Shown: piece after piece, positions 37,801-49,351 of the stretch
Numbering within the stretch: the stretch's first letter is position 1
How the letters are laid out: the number at the start of each line of letters is the position of its first letter
Origin: Marsupella aquatica
Taxonomy: Eukaryota; Plantae; Marchantiophyta
Direction: 5' to 3'
DNA: 64,000 bases
Assembly: GCA_973895155.1 (NCBI GenBank)
Contig: OZ316897.1
Span: 13,205,375 to 13,269,374, forward strand
Program-made: the position numbers and the translations under genes
Notes under the pieces: generated by a model
Database searches by the model: none
Seen by the model: the letters and a program-made list of their open reading frames with translations, nothing else
Told to the model about the DNA's origin: nothing

Positions 37801-40800
37801 CAGCACATTCTGCCCCTATGCCTCAGAGGTCTCATGCAGAAACCAGTCCGTAATGTCATTCTTCGACTGTGCAATGTATTTCGCCGTATATGTGTGAAAG
37901 TGTGGGATCCCCAAGGATTGGAGCAGTTGAAGCAGGATGCTGCTTATGTCCTCTGTGACTTGGAGATATACTTCCCCCTTGCTTTCTTTGATGTTATGAC
38001 TCATCTCCTAAAAATCCATGTGGTAGAAGAGCTAGGGCAGTATGGGCCAGTCAGTACCAGATGGATGTACCCTATGGAGCGATACATGAAGTTGTTGAAA
38101 GGTCATGTGAGAACATACTACAGGCCAGAGGCTTCCATGGCATTGGGGTACATTAAGGATGAGACGTTGGGATTCCTAACAGAGTACATGGTTGGGTCTG
38201 GTGAAGCTATGACAAGAGTTTGGAAATCTGGTGAAGATGATGGAGTGAGTGGCGAGGTTGTTGAAGGTGTGGGACGTGCTGTTCAGCTGCCTGTTGCGAT
38301 TTGAGACAAGGCTCATTCATATGTGCTGGCAAACACAAAGCCTATGCAACCATGGTGGAGGTGAGTGATTGATCGAATTGACTTGCCTTTGTTGTGATGC
38401 TTCTTGTCTGTTCCAAGGGTGATCTTAGGTTGTCATGTGTTGTTTAGACCTAACTATGCCTGTACCTCATATTGCAGGGAATATGATATGCAAAAAGTTG
38501 CACACTCTGGGCAGCAGGATCCCTTCCCACAGTTCAAGCAGTGGATTCGGGTGACAATTCGAGAGCATAGTAGACATCACCCAGATATGGAGAAGGATTT
38601 GTATCTTCTATCTGTGCCACCATGATTGTCTATTCTGACCTACAAACGGATGAGAGCTTATGGAAATCATTATCGAGTGAGGGATGAGCAGGGTGACCAT
38701 TGTGTATCATATGATTGTGGTTTGATTTCTGTGTTTGAGCAGAGAACCTCTGAAGAACAGAGGGGGTGGATGAAGATGGGTTACGTGGGGGAGTTGACCG
38801 ACATTTGGGTGTTGAATTATGGTAACACAAGTGTCCCAGTGATATTGATGAAGGGATCATGGGTGAAATCAGAGTGGCAGAGACCAAGGGCCACCATGAA
38901 GCGTGATCATGATGGGTTCTTGTTGGCCAATTTTAGGTCCAAAGTACCAGAATGGTCTGAGCCTTTTGTTTTCCCTAGCCAAGTTGAACAGGCTTTCTTT
39001 GCAGATGTGGAGGAGTCACATGGCTGGAAGGTGGTATGCCATAGCCAAGCACAGAACAGGCGAATAGATGGAAGTAAAGTAGAGTTCAGTTTGGATGACC
39101 ATGCTGCATTCGAGCATCCTAGTCATGAGACTGTACTTCCAACTCGGGCAGGGACTGACTACATCCCCTTAACATTGAGAGAGACATATGATGAACGTGG
39201 GCAAATGGAATATGATGAGGTTGATGATTTGCAATAGGCAACAGCTGGCGATTGGCAAGTATGAGGTTGAGGATGACTACCTGCACAGAGTCACAGAATG
39301 GGAATTGCTGCCTGGAATGATGTTTAGGATAGTTGGATATGCATGAAATTGATTGATACTTTGAATTTAGTGTGCTGATTCTCCCTGTTTGGTTGTGGGT
39401 GCTGTGCAGAAGCTATGGGGGAAGAGGGTGATGACATGGAGACAGACATGGGGCTTGGAGAGTGGGGTGAAGAGGAAAGATTGGATATGGATGGAGACCC
39501 AGATGCAGGGGGCTCACAGAAAAATGCACCTATGCAAGATGCACAGGGCCCTCATCAAGTCCCAGGTAGGTGGGCAGCTAGAGAGAAATCACATAATCCA
39601 TACCCTAGAAGGAGCCAGAGTTATTGGCAAGGGACGCCTGATAATTATGATGATGACTGTGGGATGGCTCAGTGTCAGCTAGTGTAGAGAAACATGACAT
39701 TCTTTCGTTTAGAAGAGGAAATAGTTAGGGAAAAAGTTTTAGTGCTATCAGAGTAGCTAGGTTTAGGGCACTTAAGTAAGAAGGGAAGCTTAGTAGAGGT
39801 AAGAGGGAATTTAGTTATGCAAAGTTATCTAGGGGTAAGCAAGTTACTATAGGAGGGGCAGGAAACTAGTCCGTCCTTAGTTATAATAGGCGACTAAGTC
39901 GGGACCGAAAAATGACCCGACACCGGACATCTTATTTTTGGCTGATATTTCCCCCATGGGTGCTGGGAGGTCCCTAGGGAACCCTGAAAAAGTATGAAGT
40001 CAAGTGGGGTCTTAACCTAGGAGTTATAAGTATTTTGGCAAAAATCAAAGTTACCAAATAGCGGGTCCCGGGAAAAATAGCTGATGGGTAAATGTAGGGG
40101 TTCCAAGTTTGGAAGTGGGTTAAGTATGGTCTCCTCTATCCCTAGAAACTTGTGGAACAACTTTGTCACACTTGGTTACTTTTTGGGAGCATCTCAAAGT
40201 TGAGAAGAATTTTGGAAGACATAAAGACTTGACCCTCTTTGCCTAATTTTAGAAAAGTTGTTATAGGGTTTTGTTTATATCTTAGTAAACCCAGACATAG
40301 TCCTATGTCCATAGAATCAGTGGAGCTACTCAGAAGTCCTTTTGGACTTATGTGTGAGTTTTGGAGGGGGGTCCAAAATCGCCCCAAAATGCTGTTTTTC
40401 CAAAAAAAAAATGTATTTTTTTCTAAGTGTAAACCGCGTGGGCGGCGATCACGCGGCGAGCACGAGGCAAGGAGGAGCAAGCACGAGGCTGGTGAGGACG
40501 TCAAGCACCGGGAGGCTGTCCAAAGGTGCTGCATGATTACTTGAGGAATCAATTGAGCACAAGGGCGGCTGAATTGAAGGAAGGGCGGCTGAATTGAAGG
40601 AAGGGCGGCTGAATTGAAATGGCTGCTGCTGATTGAAGAAGCAAGGGCTGTTGCTGATTGAAGAAGCTATGGCTGCTGAGAAGGAAAAGAGCTATGGCTG
40701 CAAATTAGGATCGCTGCTGGCTTTGAATTGGGAAGGCTGCTTGCTGCTATGACAGCTGCACACTAGATTAGAGGTGCTCCTACTAATCAGGCACGAGATG

Positions 40801-43800
40801 CTCATGAGAATTGGCTGGCTGCTGCCTTGATGCTGCTGAATTGAATGATGCTGCTGCTAGCTGCGAAATTGCAAAGGTGGGCAGCTACGAAATTGAGAAG
40901 AGAGACCTGCTTGACTGAGAAGGAATCAAGCTATGGTTGCTGCTGCTGTGCTTCAAATCTGCTGTTGTTGTGCTGTAAATGCGCTGATGTGACTGTGCTG
41001 CTAGCTGCGAAATTGACTGTGTTGCTAGCGGCAAAATTGAAGAGGTGGGCTAGCTGCGAAATTGACTAGGCTGGCTGTGAGCTATGGTGGCTGTGAAATT
41101 GAGGGGCTGGCGGCTGATCAGCTGGACTGCTGCACAAGAAAGAATCCAATAGAGAATGCTGTGGTTTTAGATTGAATTCACGAGAGAGAAATGGCTGCAA
41201 ACATTGCTGTCCTTACAATTTCTTCATAAGAAACATGAGTATAATGAGAGTGCTCTCCCCTCATGACACGTGGAATCCCCATAAGGGGCATGTAAGGTAA
41301 GTGTAATCGGGCCGCCGCTTACACCCGCTTTACACCAAAAACAGGCCTTGGGAGAATGGGCATAACTTTGGCTAGAGGTATCCGTTGGGGCCCAAATTTT
41401 TTTGTGCTGAGTTAGGGGAAGATAAGGCACCCCCTGGTGAAGGTGGAACCCCAGAAAAGTAATCACTCAAATATATTTTTAACCGAGGCCACGAGGGAGT
41501 CCCGACAACTTGCAAACCAAAGTCGGCATAGGGGAATGAATACCAGATTTAGGGGCTGACCTTTCTTGCACCCATACCACTTGAGTTAGGCTCTAGAGAA
41601 GGGTACTTACCTTTGGCCAAAGGTGTAAGGCCATCAAGTTAAGAAAAGTAAATATAGGGGGTAGTTTACTTAGGGTAGTAAAGGGGTTACAAGTAAAATA
41701 AGGCCAACTTTGACTAGGCACAACTTGAGACTCACTCACTCTTTTTGCGAGCTTTCAAGTGGGTTGGTAAGCTGGTGAGGAGGACCATAAGTGGGAGTAG
41801 GTTTGGAAGTCAAAGCATACCACTCATGTGTGGCATATTCCAGGGCTTGGAAGGAGGCAAAATAGCAAGTAGTAGGGTGGGCTATGAACTATAGAGTTGG
41901 ACTTTGTGTGTTAGGAGGACTTGGGGGAGGTATAGTTGGACCCCAGGTCAAGCTTGGTGTGATGTGGAAGGAGATAGTATATAAGGAGGAAGTTTTCATT
42001 TGTTAGGGACCGGGAGTCTCATCTCTTAAGTGAAATCTCTACCTTGCCAAGGTAGGGCTAAGCTTGAGAAAGGAGAGGTGGTCCATGCTTAGTGTGGAGA
42101 ATGTGTAGTGAACTTTTGTTGTAAAGGTGATGCAATAAAAGGAGACTTACCAATCTTCATTGTGACCATTAAGTGTGAGTGCATTTGAAGTATATGAGAG
42201 CAAGAGAAGAGTCCATGCTATGGTATAATCTTGGTCTAAGCTTGAAGGGGATGTGCTAGTACAAAACCAAGGCCAAGGAGGCAAGGTTAAGGTATAGCAT
42301 TACTTTGAGACTTAGAGAGGATTATAGCTTGAGGGTGGAAAGTACTTTGCTTGGTGTGTGGTGTTAACAAGAAGTAAGAACAAGAGGAAGAGTCCTTAGA
42401 TAGAGGAGCCTTCTCTAGGGCTCAAAGGGGATGTGTGGACCCAAACCAAGGCCAGGGGGGCAAGGTTGAGGGGTAACACTACTTTGAGGGTCTTGAGGAG
42501 ACTTAAGCTTGAAGAGGAAAGTACTTTGGGTTCTTGGGTGTTTGTGTGAGAATCTACTCTAAGGTGACAGCTTGGAGCGGAGATCCCCCTTGCTGATCCT
42601 TGGAGTAGAGGAGAGGGGAAGGGGTGAGTACAAAAGTAGTCAAGGGGACTACCTCTCTAGAAGTGGAGAGTTGAAACTACTTATGTATGGAGTGATTGGA
42701 CATTGTAAGCACACTTCAGAAGTTTTGTCAATCCTTTGTGACCCTGGTATGACATGGAGCAGGTATTAGGTAGTCTTTTGGGGAGAAAAGCCGCTTAAGC
42801 TCCTTGGCAAGTGTTTGACAATGACTATGATGGAGCAGAAGATGGATGGGATGAATATGAACACCCAGAGCGTGGTAGAGACGGGTACAGAGGGCAATGG
42901 AAAGGTGAGGAGGATGATTGGACAAGTAAGTGCCTTGTGCTAGTGATTTTGTGATGGTAGTAGAGATTTAGCTCAATATGGACTTATCTGATGTGTAGCT
43001 AGGGCAAAGAGTTTATCTTACAGGTCCATGAGTGTGGCATGTACCTGTTGGTATGCAGACTCTGATTGGGACAATCACGAAAACAACAAAGGCCATCCAC
43101 ATTCAGATAGTCCGAGGCAATCATTCACAGGCGGGAGAAACGGCCCTAATTCATCAAGACAAAGCAATAGGACAGGTGGTCCAGAACCATCTATGCGCCA
43201 AGGGAGAGGTAACTTGGTCATTGCAGAATTGCTCTAAAGTCTAGTGTATATTTGGCAGCAGGATTTATGATTCATACTTACCTAATGGATCCTATAAATG
43301 TGCAGGGACTCCAGGGAGGTTTGGACAATGCAATCCAGGCCGTGGGGGGAGATCAGGCCGTGGAGGGACCCCAGGCCGTGGGGGGACACCAGGCCGTGGA
43401 GGGACACCTAGTAGCGCTTCAGGGAGTACCAAGGCAGGAGACAGTAACAAATTTGGTAAAGTAGAAGTGAAGGACATTCTTGAATGGTGGGACTATGTTG
43501 GTAATGATGGTAAGGGCCCAGTTGAAGATTGTATATCAGATTATACAATGAGGATTTTGAAACAAGAGAGGCATAGGTTGAAAAGGATGTGGATAGACAA
43601 TGGTTCTAATAGGAGAATGCCACCACCCCCATCATTGGAATTGGATCAATGGACACGGTTAATCAAAGGGTTCATGTCAGAGGCTGGACAGAGCAAAAGT
43701 GAACTGATGTCAAATGCTCGAGGCAAAGTGAAACACCTGTCACAAGCTGGGAGAGGAAGTTATGCTCCAGTGAAAGAACAATTGGTAAGGCAGTGACATG

Positions 43801-46800
43801 CCTGATAGTAAGCCTCAAACTTATCATCTTGCTACCATTATTACATTTTCATTGACAATCAACACTTGGTTTCATTCATATGTATGTTGATGTGGACTGC
43901 AGAAGAAATTGACAGGTGAAGAACCATCAGCACAAGAAGTGAGAGAGGAGTTCATGAAACAAAGGAGTGAGGTGACAAGTGTGACTTCCAAACAGGTGAT
44001 TATGTTGTAATTCTGTATGTTCTGTGACTATTTGGCCTTGAGCATCAGAAAGAATTGTAGTAGGAAGTAAGCAACCAGTTCTTGGGGACAATTATCTAAG
44101 ATATGTAAGCTGTGACATTATGACAGGGAACTGTTACAACTCTCACAGAGATGTGTGAACGGTTGAAGTCATTAGAGTGTGGACTCCCTCGAGTGGAAAG
44201 TAAATTGGCTGATCGTTTGGATATTGTGGAGGCATCTATAGCGAACCTTCTTGCATCAGTGGAATCTAATTTCAAGCTTGTGATTGAAAAATTGGGTGGT
44301 TCCCAACCAAACAATGAGGGCAACATTGTACAAAGTGTGCCCTTGTTAACAAAAAAGGGAATTGGCAAATCTGACACAGGTATGGAAATGACACCGGCCC
44401 ATTGTTCATTGTGTCCTATGTTCAAATGTTAGAAGTAAGTTTTCATGAATTGAGTGAATGGTTTGAATGCAAGAAGAGTGGAGGCAGAGAAGGACCCTGT
44501 AATCAGTAAGCAGAATGGCAAAAAGGTTGTTGAGACAGGTAACCTGCTATGATCCAGTACATTACATTTGAAAAGTGCATGGAGTTTTGTGAAGCTTAAA
44601 CCGGTTGGAGGTAATCTTTTCTGTAAGAACTGGTTGGATCAATGAACTGGGATCTGAAGTGACATCATGATTGATGTATCAGGTGATTCAAAGAGCAATG
44701 AAAAAGATGTGCCCAATGCCTCAGTGACCATAGCCAAGGAGGTATCAGGTAAGCTGATGCTTTAAATTCTTCTCCTACCATTGTTGAGAAACAATTCAGT
44801 GGTTAATAGATTGAACCTGAATATTGTGGTGTGTTTATTGATCAGCAGAAGCAGACATGGAGGATATGGCAATGGCAAAGAAGGGGAAGAAGGCTGTTCA
44901 TAATGGTAAGGAGATAGTGACAACTTTGTGGTTGGTGACATGTACATGGCGCACATGTGATGAGTGATTCACTTATGTTGGACAATGCACTGAATTGTAG
45001 TTGATGCAGAGTTGACAGACTCTCAACCAAGTGGGAGCAGGGTGAAGCAACGTCGAAACTTGGGAGCAACATTGGATGCAAGTAAGATTGTAGATGCTTC
45101 AATTGAAGCAAGTACAATGTTGGTAGATACTGAGATGATGTCGCAGGGAAATCCTGCTATACAATCGGAAGTGTCAAATATGGATGCAGATTCTTTGAAG
45201 AAGAGTGTAGCCAATTCTCGATCACCAGCACAAAACACTCGTGCCAAAGTCATGACTCGCAACCAAGGTATGAATAATGTCATGTATAAGCCACCCAGGA
45301 AAGCCAAGAAAAACAGCCAGGGTAAGGTGGAGGTGATAGCCACAGCAGAGCTATCATGGGAGGATGACTCGCAGGTATGTGTGGGTACAGGCATTTTGCG
45401 ACCGGATCATGCTAAATTCCATGGCAAAGTGGTCCCGGATGACCATGTAGTAGTGTTGTTGACTACAGTGATTGTATCTGATTGTAATTTGCCATTTCCA
45501 AATAGAGACGATGATCCACCTCAGGAAATAATTGAAGATGCAGTAGGATCTCTTGTGCTCTGGCCATCAGAGTGTGTTAGTCTGCAGTGATTGAATGCAA
45601 GTGTAGATAGAATCATGTGAATTGTGTTACATTTTGACATTGCCTTGGAAAGATCCAAGAAATATCTGTACCAATTTTTCTATTTGGTAAAGAGGATGAA
45701 GGAGCCGTTGTGTGTGACATTGATATTTCTGAATTCTGTATATATGAAACAAGTGATTGATATCAAACTATGGCTCTATGGTGATTGTCTATGATACTTG
45801 AATCTGTTTTGTATCATTTCAGGATTAGTGTGTATGGTATAGACGAATGCTTTGTGACCTTCTTTGTAGTCTATGATGTTTGAATCTGTGAATTCATATT
45901 AGTGTACATGGTATAGAAGATGGCTTTCTGAAAATTTTTGTGAGGTTCTAATGTTAACATGGTGAATGGTGACCTTATAGAGTGAGTTCATTCCAAGTAC
46001 ACAATAAAACATGAATGGAATGTGTTATTTGTGCACAAGAGTGAGTTCATTCCAAGTAGTATAGTGGGGTCTTCATCACTCATTTCCAGTTGACATGAAA
46101 GACATACCCCACAAAGTGTCTACTTTAGTCGTTTTATAAACCCACAAAGTATACTTAAAGACTACCCTCCATAACCTTTTGAGTCATTCCCAATGACTCA
46201 CCATCGCAGCCCATAAAAGACTGAAAAAGACTCACCAAACCTACCCACACAAAGACTACAATAGACTGAAAATCCAGTCTATAAAACGACTTATAAACCA
46301 GTTCTATAAAGGACTCAATTGATTATAGTAACAAAACATACGACTCATAGTCCCTATAAAGGACTGGAGTCCTTCCCAGTCGTTTCCAAGTCCTATACGG
46401 TACTGAATAGTTGTTTAATGGGGTCTAAATACCCCCCGGTTTCTACTAGTGGAATTTACCTCATACCGACAGAACATCAACTACATTGCACATACCTGGC
46501 ACCGACAGAACATAAACTACAATGAACTTACCTCATACCGACAAAACATCAACTACATTGCACATACCCTAGTTTGCATCTCCTCTGGATCAATTTGGCG
46601 TCTATGCTTTTTCCAGAAATCTTCAACGTTTGATTTCACAGCGTTGAGCAAGCTGGTGAAGCGCTTAGATTTTCTCCACGCATTGTACCGCTTTGTGGCC
46701 TTACTCAGAACCCATGTTGTCTCATCCTCATCCCCTTCATGAGCTAACTTGAGGTTATTCGCCCATCGTAGCAACCACGACATTCGCTGTCGCTTGAGTT

Positions 46801-47246
46801 TCCACACTCGTGCAGGGTAGGAACCCGAAGTTGACTCTTTGTTGTGAATTGTGGCTGCCGTACTCAGTGGATTCCTTTAGGCACACACAAACCAAAGCAT
46901 TCTCTGAATAGCAAAACATATTAAACCAGGAGTAATGAAATCAATCCATACTAGAACATGAACTAGTACTCGTGTGTGGAATGAACGCAAAATGGTCGAA
47001 CCTCTGCCGTGCTGCCGTTTTGGGACGACCAACCGGACACGGTTCTGGATTCATGCGATGTACTCACACAATGTACAATTCGTCCAATCCACATATTAAA
47101 CCAGGAGTAATGAAATCAATCCATACTCAAGCTCACATCCAATGTTCATTCATCTTGGCTATTGGGAACTTCTCCCATTCTGACTCTGGTGGAACAGGAG
47201 GCTTCCCCTTCCTAGGCCCTACGGCACATTGCCAAGATGGCGCCAT
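10801..47246 (-). CDS. Multi-exon gene of unknown function with an acidic low-complexity exon; introns host three TE insertions
   Basis: Hand-assembled GT-AG exons join in frame: ~47246-47137 (MAPSWQ...), ~46875-46568, 26519-26406, 26137-~25583 (D/E-rich), 11663-11299, 11201-~10961 and 10851-10801 (FDTMVFHPFYAMGYEW*). The end of the acidic exon and a possible exon near 47000 are uncertain. Confidence 0.6.
12424..13695 (-). CDS. FCP1/NIF-family HAD phosphatase-like protein (TE cargo)
   Basis: RKLLILDLNKM...RPHLHEFL...FDVAIWT...KDLRVVW...NTLLLDDSPMKAFANPEN. The DxDxT motif is altered to DLNKM. Probable short first exon from ATG 13695 and an intron at ~13482-13587. Confidence 0.8.
13747..19157 (-). 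pseudogene. Large ParB/Srx-like plus beta-class DNA amino-methyltransferase-like protein (TE cargo) with in-frame stops
   Basis: ORFs 17741, 17267, 16274, (intron), 16044, 15252 and 14112 continue in frame across single stops at 17283, 16293, 15286 and 14200. ParB-like FLAISGQHSAKAA. MTase-like NPRAKPIQMTKRLVDYFSSTGHTVLDFFSGGQTLKAC. The expected DPPY position reads ALAVVDFGR. The 5' exons (ATG 19157) are uncertain. Confidence 0.7.
19158..20260. promoter_or_regulatory. Putative bidirectional promoter between the ParB/MTase-like gene and the transposase
   Basis: Genes diverge from this interval. GC-rich core at 19350-19640 with pyrimidine-rich leaders on each strand. Confidence 0.4.
20310..20605. 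repeat. ~68-bp tandem repeat, each unit carrying one palindrome copy (probable intron of the transposase gene)
   Basis: GAGCT(G/A)AAGACTT anchor at 20316, 20385, 20453 and 20521. Acceptor ACAG ends at 20610. Confidence 0.85.
20611..24360 (+). pseudogene. Sola1-like (DUF7869-type) DDD transposase with three N-terminal TnpA-C-terminal-like domains
   Basis: CTLC...H zinc motif, IIHDKMDQAKT, LQMDNSGKDNKN and FLMVGHTHEDVDALF. Frameshift near 22240 and an in-frame TAG at 23686-23688 that reads on to 24360. Confidence 0.8.
25156..25501 (+). mobile_element. 346-bp MITE of the same family as the 13.4-kb element
   Basis: ATCACCCTATTCATTAAAAGTG...CACTTTTAATGAATAGATTGAT, 4-bp TSD ACAA (25152-25155, 25502-25505), AAATGTACA internal motifs. 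Confidence 0.9.
26160..26312. repeat. Intronic array of AGAACAT(A/G)AACC motifs
   Basis: About 8 copies at ~18-bp spacing. The same motif occurs at 10560-10660, 26560-26725 and 46455-46560. Confidence 0.85.
31254..31703 (+). CDS. Cys/His-rich, possibly zinc-binding cargo protein
   Basis: RCQGC...CPAC...GCRFLHRAQC...YTCLDH. Same strand as the other CACTA ORFs, with an upstream TGCAG acceptor. Confidence 0.45.
   Translation: MVRTRNAEHVRFARKAKMLRLEYVRLGILPAQSAWYFEYSVLARNNYSRPLPASVPFPTSLVFVSLVHDPPKIRCQGCVHSCQYDCPACRASGPELDDRSLGCRFLHRAQCIIWNHSSSCSVPGNVTCPALPDPNTGAFGVYTCLDHTL
32371..33051 (+). pseudogene. EDM2-type composite PHD finger protein (CACTA cargo), one premature stop
   Basis: ATG 32371, TAG 32464, then CAICDDGGGLAICEGPCMRHF...CPLHKCKAC...CVRCPTMWHFHCL...IFYCHRHAIDPTLHTPMRDHISW, which follows the EDM2 PHD-region pattern. 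Confidence 0.85.
33642..34490 (+). CDS. Tandem BRCT domain protein (CACTA cargo)
   Basis: Two repeats with G..V/E..T...THVV...W(L).(D/E)S signatures (TTHVVA..VSWLTDS; STHVVG..LDWLLES). Intact ORF. Confidence 0.8.
   Translation: MASRKCTKVDHPPLLAGIKAILIPGHYGFTQVSWPIVQKQFSEFHGTEVKDITPQTTHVVAGTWLDVMNKWSWSFIDSAITNQGLKVVEVSWLTDSVKHRCVQSTEQYELWESEEATAEALAEKEAYEAAAEKPNFAFVQYGPVVNIGHHPMRADAILNEHGKERNTIMKGFSVVFAKEGIGETKCRLYKSIVVELGGTVEESLTETSTHVVGLSYMKICRKFFKTIVRHFVMNNNLWVLSLDWLLESAARGKRQNAWDFDIFEAWPSKIQRRCMLSKGGRE
34793..35200 (+). CDS. F-box-only protein (CACTA cargo)
   Basis: LLPDLADDIVLTHVWPRV...YRLISTQWRDLV resembles a plant F-box motif. No substrate-binding domain follows. Confidence 0.6.
   Translation: MPADLGCVVNAVVNEDAQSEEDIYFSADELDKHNAVGGSLLPDLADDIVLTHVWPRVLVVSGAQDICKYRLISTQWRDLVATCAPWRALLPLLVGTDRRPPWHEQGLDLDDLMYMPEYLRAEWHRQQDWYPYLMW
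35530..39237 (+). pseudogene. CACTA TnpD transposase (Transposase_21, DUF4218 and DUF4216-type regions)
   Basis: CPCTQC, IDACPDGCVLF, LSLDGVNPFG, YNLPPW, DYPG, DVMHIEKNI, WMYPMERYM and EPFVFPSQVEQAFF. Introns 37321-37455 and 38361-38477. Premature stops at 36889, 38302 and 38623. Confidence 0.93.
39415..45590 (+). pseudogene. CACTA TnpA-like multi-exon gene interrupted by an LTR-like insert
   Basis: RGG repeats. ILKQERHRLK...QWTRLI...SELMSNARGKV...GRGSY is Transposase_24-like. The last exon VGTGIL...FHG...LPFP...AVGSLVLWP is PF03017-like. Confidence 0.75.
39673..42754. mobile_element. ~3.1-kb solo-LTR-like insertion in TnpA
   Basis: Non-coding block interrupting an exon. Right end GGTATGACA (revcomp TGTCATACC, typical of Ty3 LTR ends). 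Left end TGT at 39673 or 39683. No matching TSD found. Confidence 0.5.
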
Positions 47247-48107
47247 TCCCTGCATGACAGTACCAAAGCAACGCTGAGTAGAACATAAACTGTGAATCTG
47301 AAGCAAGAGTTGGGAGCGACATTGAAACAATCCATTTAATTCGTAACACCAGAGACAAAGTACTCGTCTAACATGCAGCAGCAATCATCTGAATGAGTTG
47401 CTTACTTGAGCAGGATGTCCGAGTGAGTTGTCGGGCTTGAGTTTTGAAATTGGTCAAAGGCGAAATGTGATAGAACCTAAACAATGGTCGTGTGCAGCGT
47501 GCTTGAGTGGGATCGCAGGGTTTGACAGCAGTCGACTGTCGAGACGGGGCAGGGGAGGGTAGCGTTGGCAGGGTCGGGGAGTCGGTTCGCGCTCCCGCCC
47601 GATTTCAAAACGGACGGACGACGGACGGAAATGCAGTTTAGGCAGTCGAAGGAGAAATGGTAGAACCTAAACCTAGGCCGCTTCGGGGAACGGGCAGGCT
47701 GCATTGGATTTCGTGACGGGCAGCGTACGGGGTGCTGCTAAACTTGGAGCGCATTAACGCGGTGTTGATTTAACCCAGGGTTGTATGAACGATGTTAAGA
47801 GGTTAAAACCGAGGAATAAGTGAACTTTTGTCCAGCAGGCCTGAGCCAGCTGGTAGACCACTCATTGGGGAGACAAAGGTGTTGAGTTTGAATTCCTGCA
47901 CACATCAGCCTTTTACACAAACCTCACCCAAAAGTGGGGTTCAGACGAAGCTATTTGCACTACGAGAAAATGGCAAACTCTTGGACAGCTAGCCGGGGGG
48001 CTTGACGAAGCTATTTGCACTAAGAGAAAATGGCAAACTCTTGGAGAGCTAGGGGGCAGACAAGCCCGACAACCATTAATAGCTATCCAGGGACAACCAT
48101 TAATAGC

Positions 48108-48241
48108 TTTCCAGTTCTATGGCCTGATTAATAGTTTTGGACTGCTTTGTGGCAGCCTGTAGTGCCAAAGTGGGATGTGAAGGCACTACAGGCTGCCACA
48201 AGGGCAGTCCAAAACTATTAATCAGGCCATAGAACTGGAAA
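48108..48241. repeat. Near-perfect hairpin, ~59-bp arms, 15-nt loop
   Basis: TTTCCAGTTCTATGGCCTGATTAATAGTTTTGGACTGC...GTAGTGCC pairs with GGCACTAC...GCAGTCCAAAACTATTAATCAGGCCATAGAACTGGAAA. Confidence 0.9.
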
Positions 48242-48472
48242 AGAACACAATAATAGTGCAAGAGTATCCACCGGTAACACTAGCATGGGGAGCAGGTGAC
48301 TGTTGAGTTCACAAAGGCTAGCAGCAGCACCTCAAGTGACAGGAGAGTAGCACACACTGAGTCTAAAGGTCCAAGTTGTAAAATTGCTACTAAGATCCAT
48401 AATGAAAGCGTCCTTCTTAGTAGGATTCTAGATGTCTAAGTCCACTTACAAGAATCCTCCATTGTATACCTA

Positions 48473-48861
48473 CCGTCTCCCCCGAACACAATGCCATGGC
48501 CTTGTATTCGAATAGTGGGCCATGGGGCGCTCCATTCGAATAGTGCGCCCGGGGCGTTGTATTCAAGTTTTGAATATGTGTTTTCATTTTTTTGTATTTG
48601 CAGGGCATAGTGTTAGAAAATGGGCGTTGTGTTCAAATATTGACGTTGTGTTTGAATATTGACATTGACATATGCTTCTTGAAGTTTTTACTATTTGTGC
48701 TCAATGTAGAACAGTTTACTTAGGGTCACATCTCAAACACAATGTCAATATTTGAACAAAACGACCGGGCGTTGTGTTAAAATGAAGTGTATTTGATTAT
48801 GGAGACCAAAAAATTCCATTTTCACACACAACGCCTGGGCGCTACGTTTGAGGGAAGACTG
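48473..48861. mobile_element. Tc1/mariner (pogo-like) MITE
   Basis: TA|CCGTCTCCCCCGAACAC...GTTTGAGGGAAGACTG|TA imperfect TIRs with TA TSD. Internal GGCGTTGTGTT repeats. Confidence 0.65.
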
Positions 48862-49351
48862 TAGCCTTCATCTAAAGCTTTAGCCCTGATAACTCTATGG
48901 TGTCTCCTGCCTGAGCCAGGCACCGTGGCACCGCACTCAAATGATCAAGTCAGAGCCTTTGAGACTGATCAAAAATATATTTCTTAGCTTGGACAGATCA
49001 AAAGTCTGATTGTTGAGTGTTAGCCAAATAGCCCCCAAAATCTAGTATACTTACCATGAAAGAGCTTCAAAGGCCCATGTTTCAGTGTAGATAAGAGCAA
49101 GGCCACCAATCTCAGATCCTGGCTGATGAGTTGGCCAGTAAACCAACTTTGAGTTTTGCTTGATCGTGCATGCTTACAACGGGAAAAAGGAGGGGGCCGG
49201 GATGGTCTCCACAGTACAAAAGCACAACAACAGCAACCATTTGAGATAGCAAGAGACCTGGAACCAGAGAAAAGCCCCTGGGCAAAAATCCTCCAAAAAA
49301 CGTCTTAGCCCTAAAAAGCCTACAAAATATTTTGTTGGATGACTGTATGAA

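Larger units (their letters stand above)
26726..46451 (+). mobile_element. Complete 19.7-kb CACTA/EnSpm transposon #2
   Basis: 18-bp perfect TIR CACTAGTAGAAACCGGGG at both ends and TSD GAA (26723-26725, 46452-46454). Encodes TnpD and TnpA. The rejoined flanks restore a repeat unit seen again at 46501-46560. Confidence 0.97.

Noticed and set aside
39673-42754. Full-length LTR retrotransposon
   Set aside because: No gag/pol, second LTR or TSD. Kept only as a solo-LTR-like insert.
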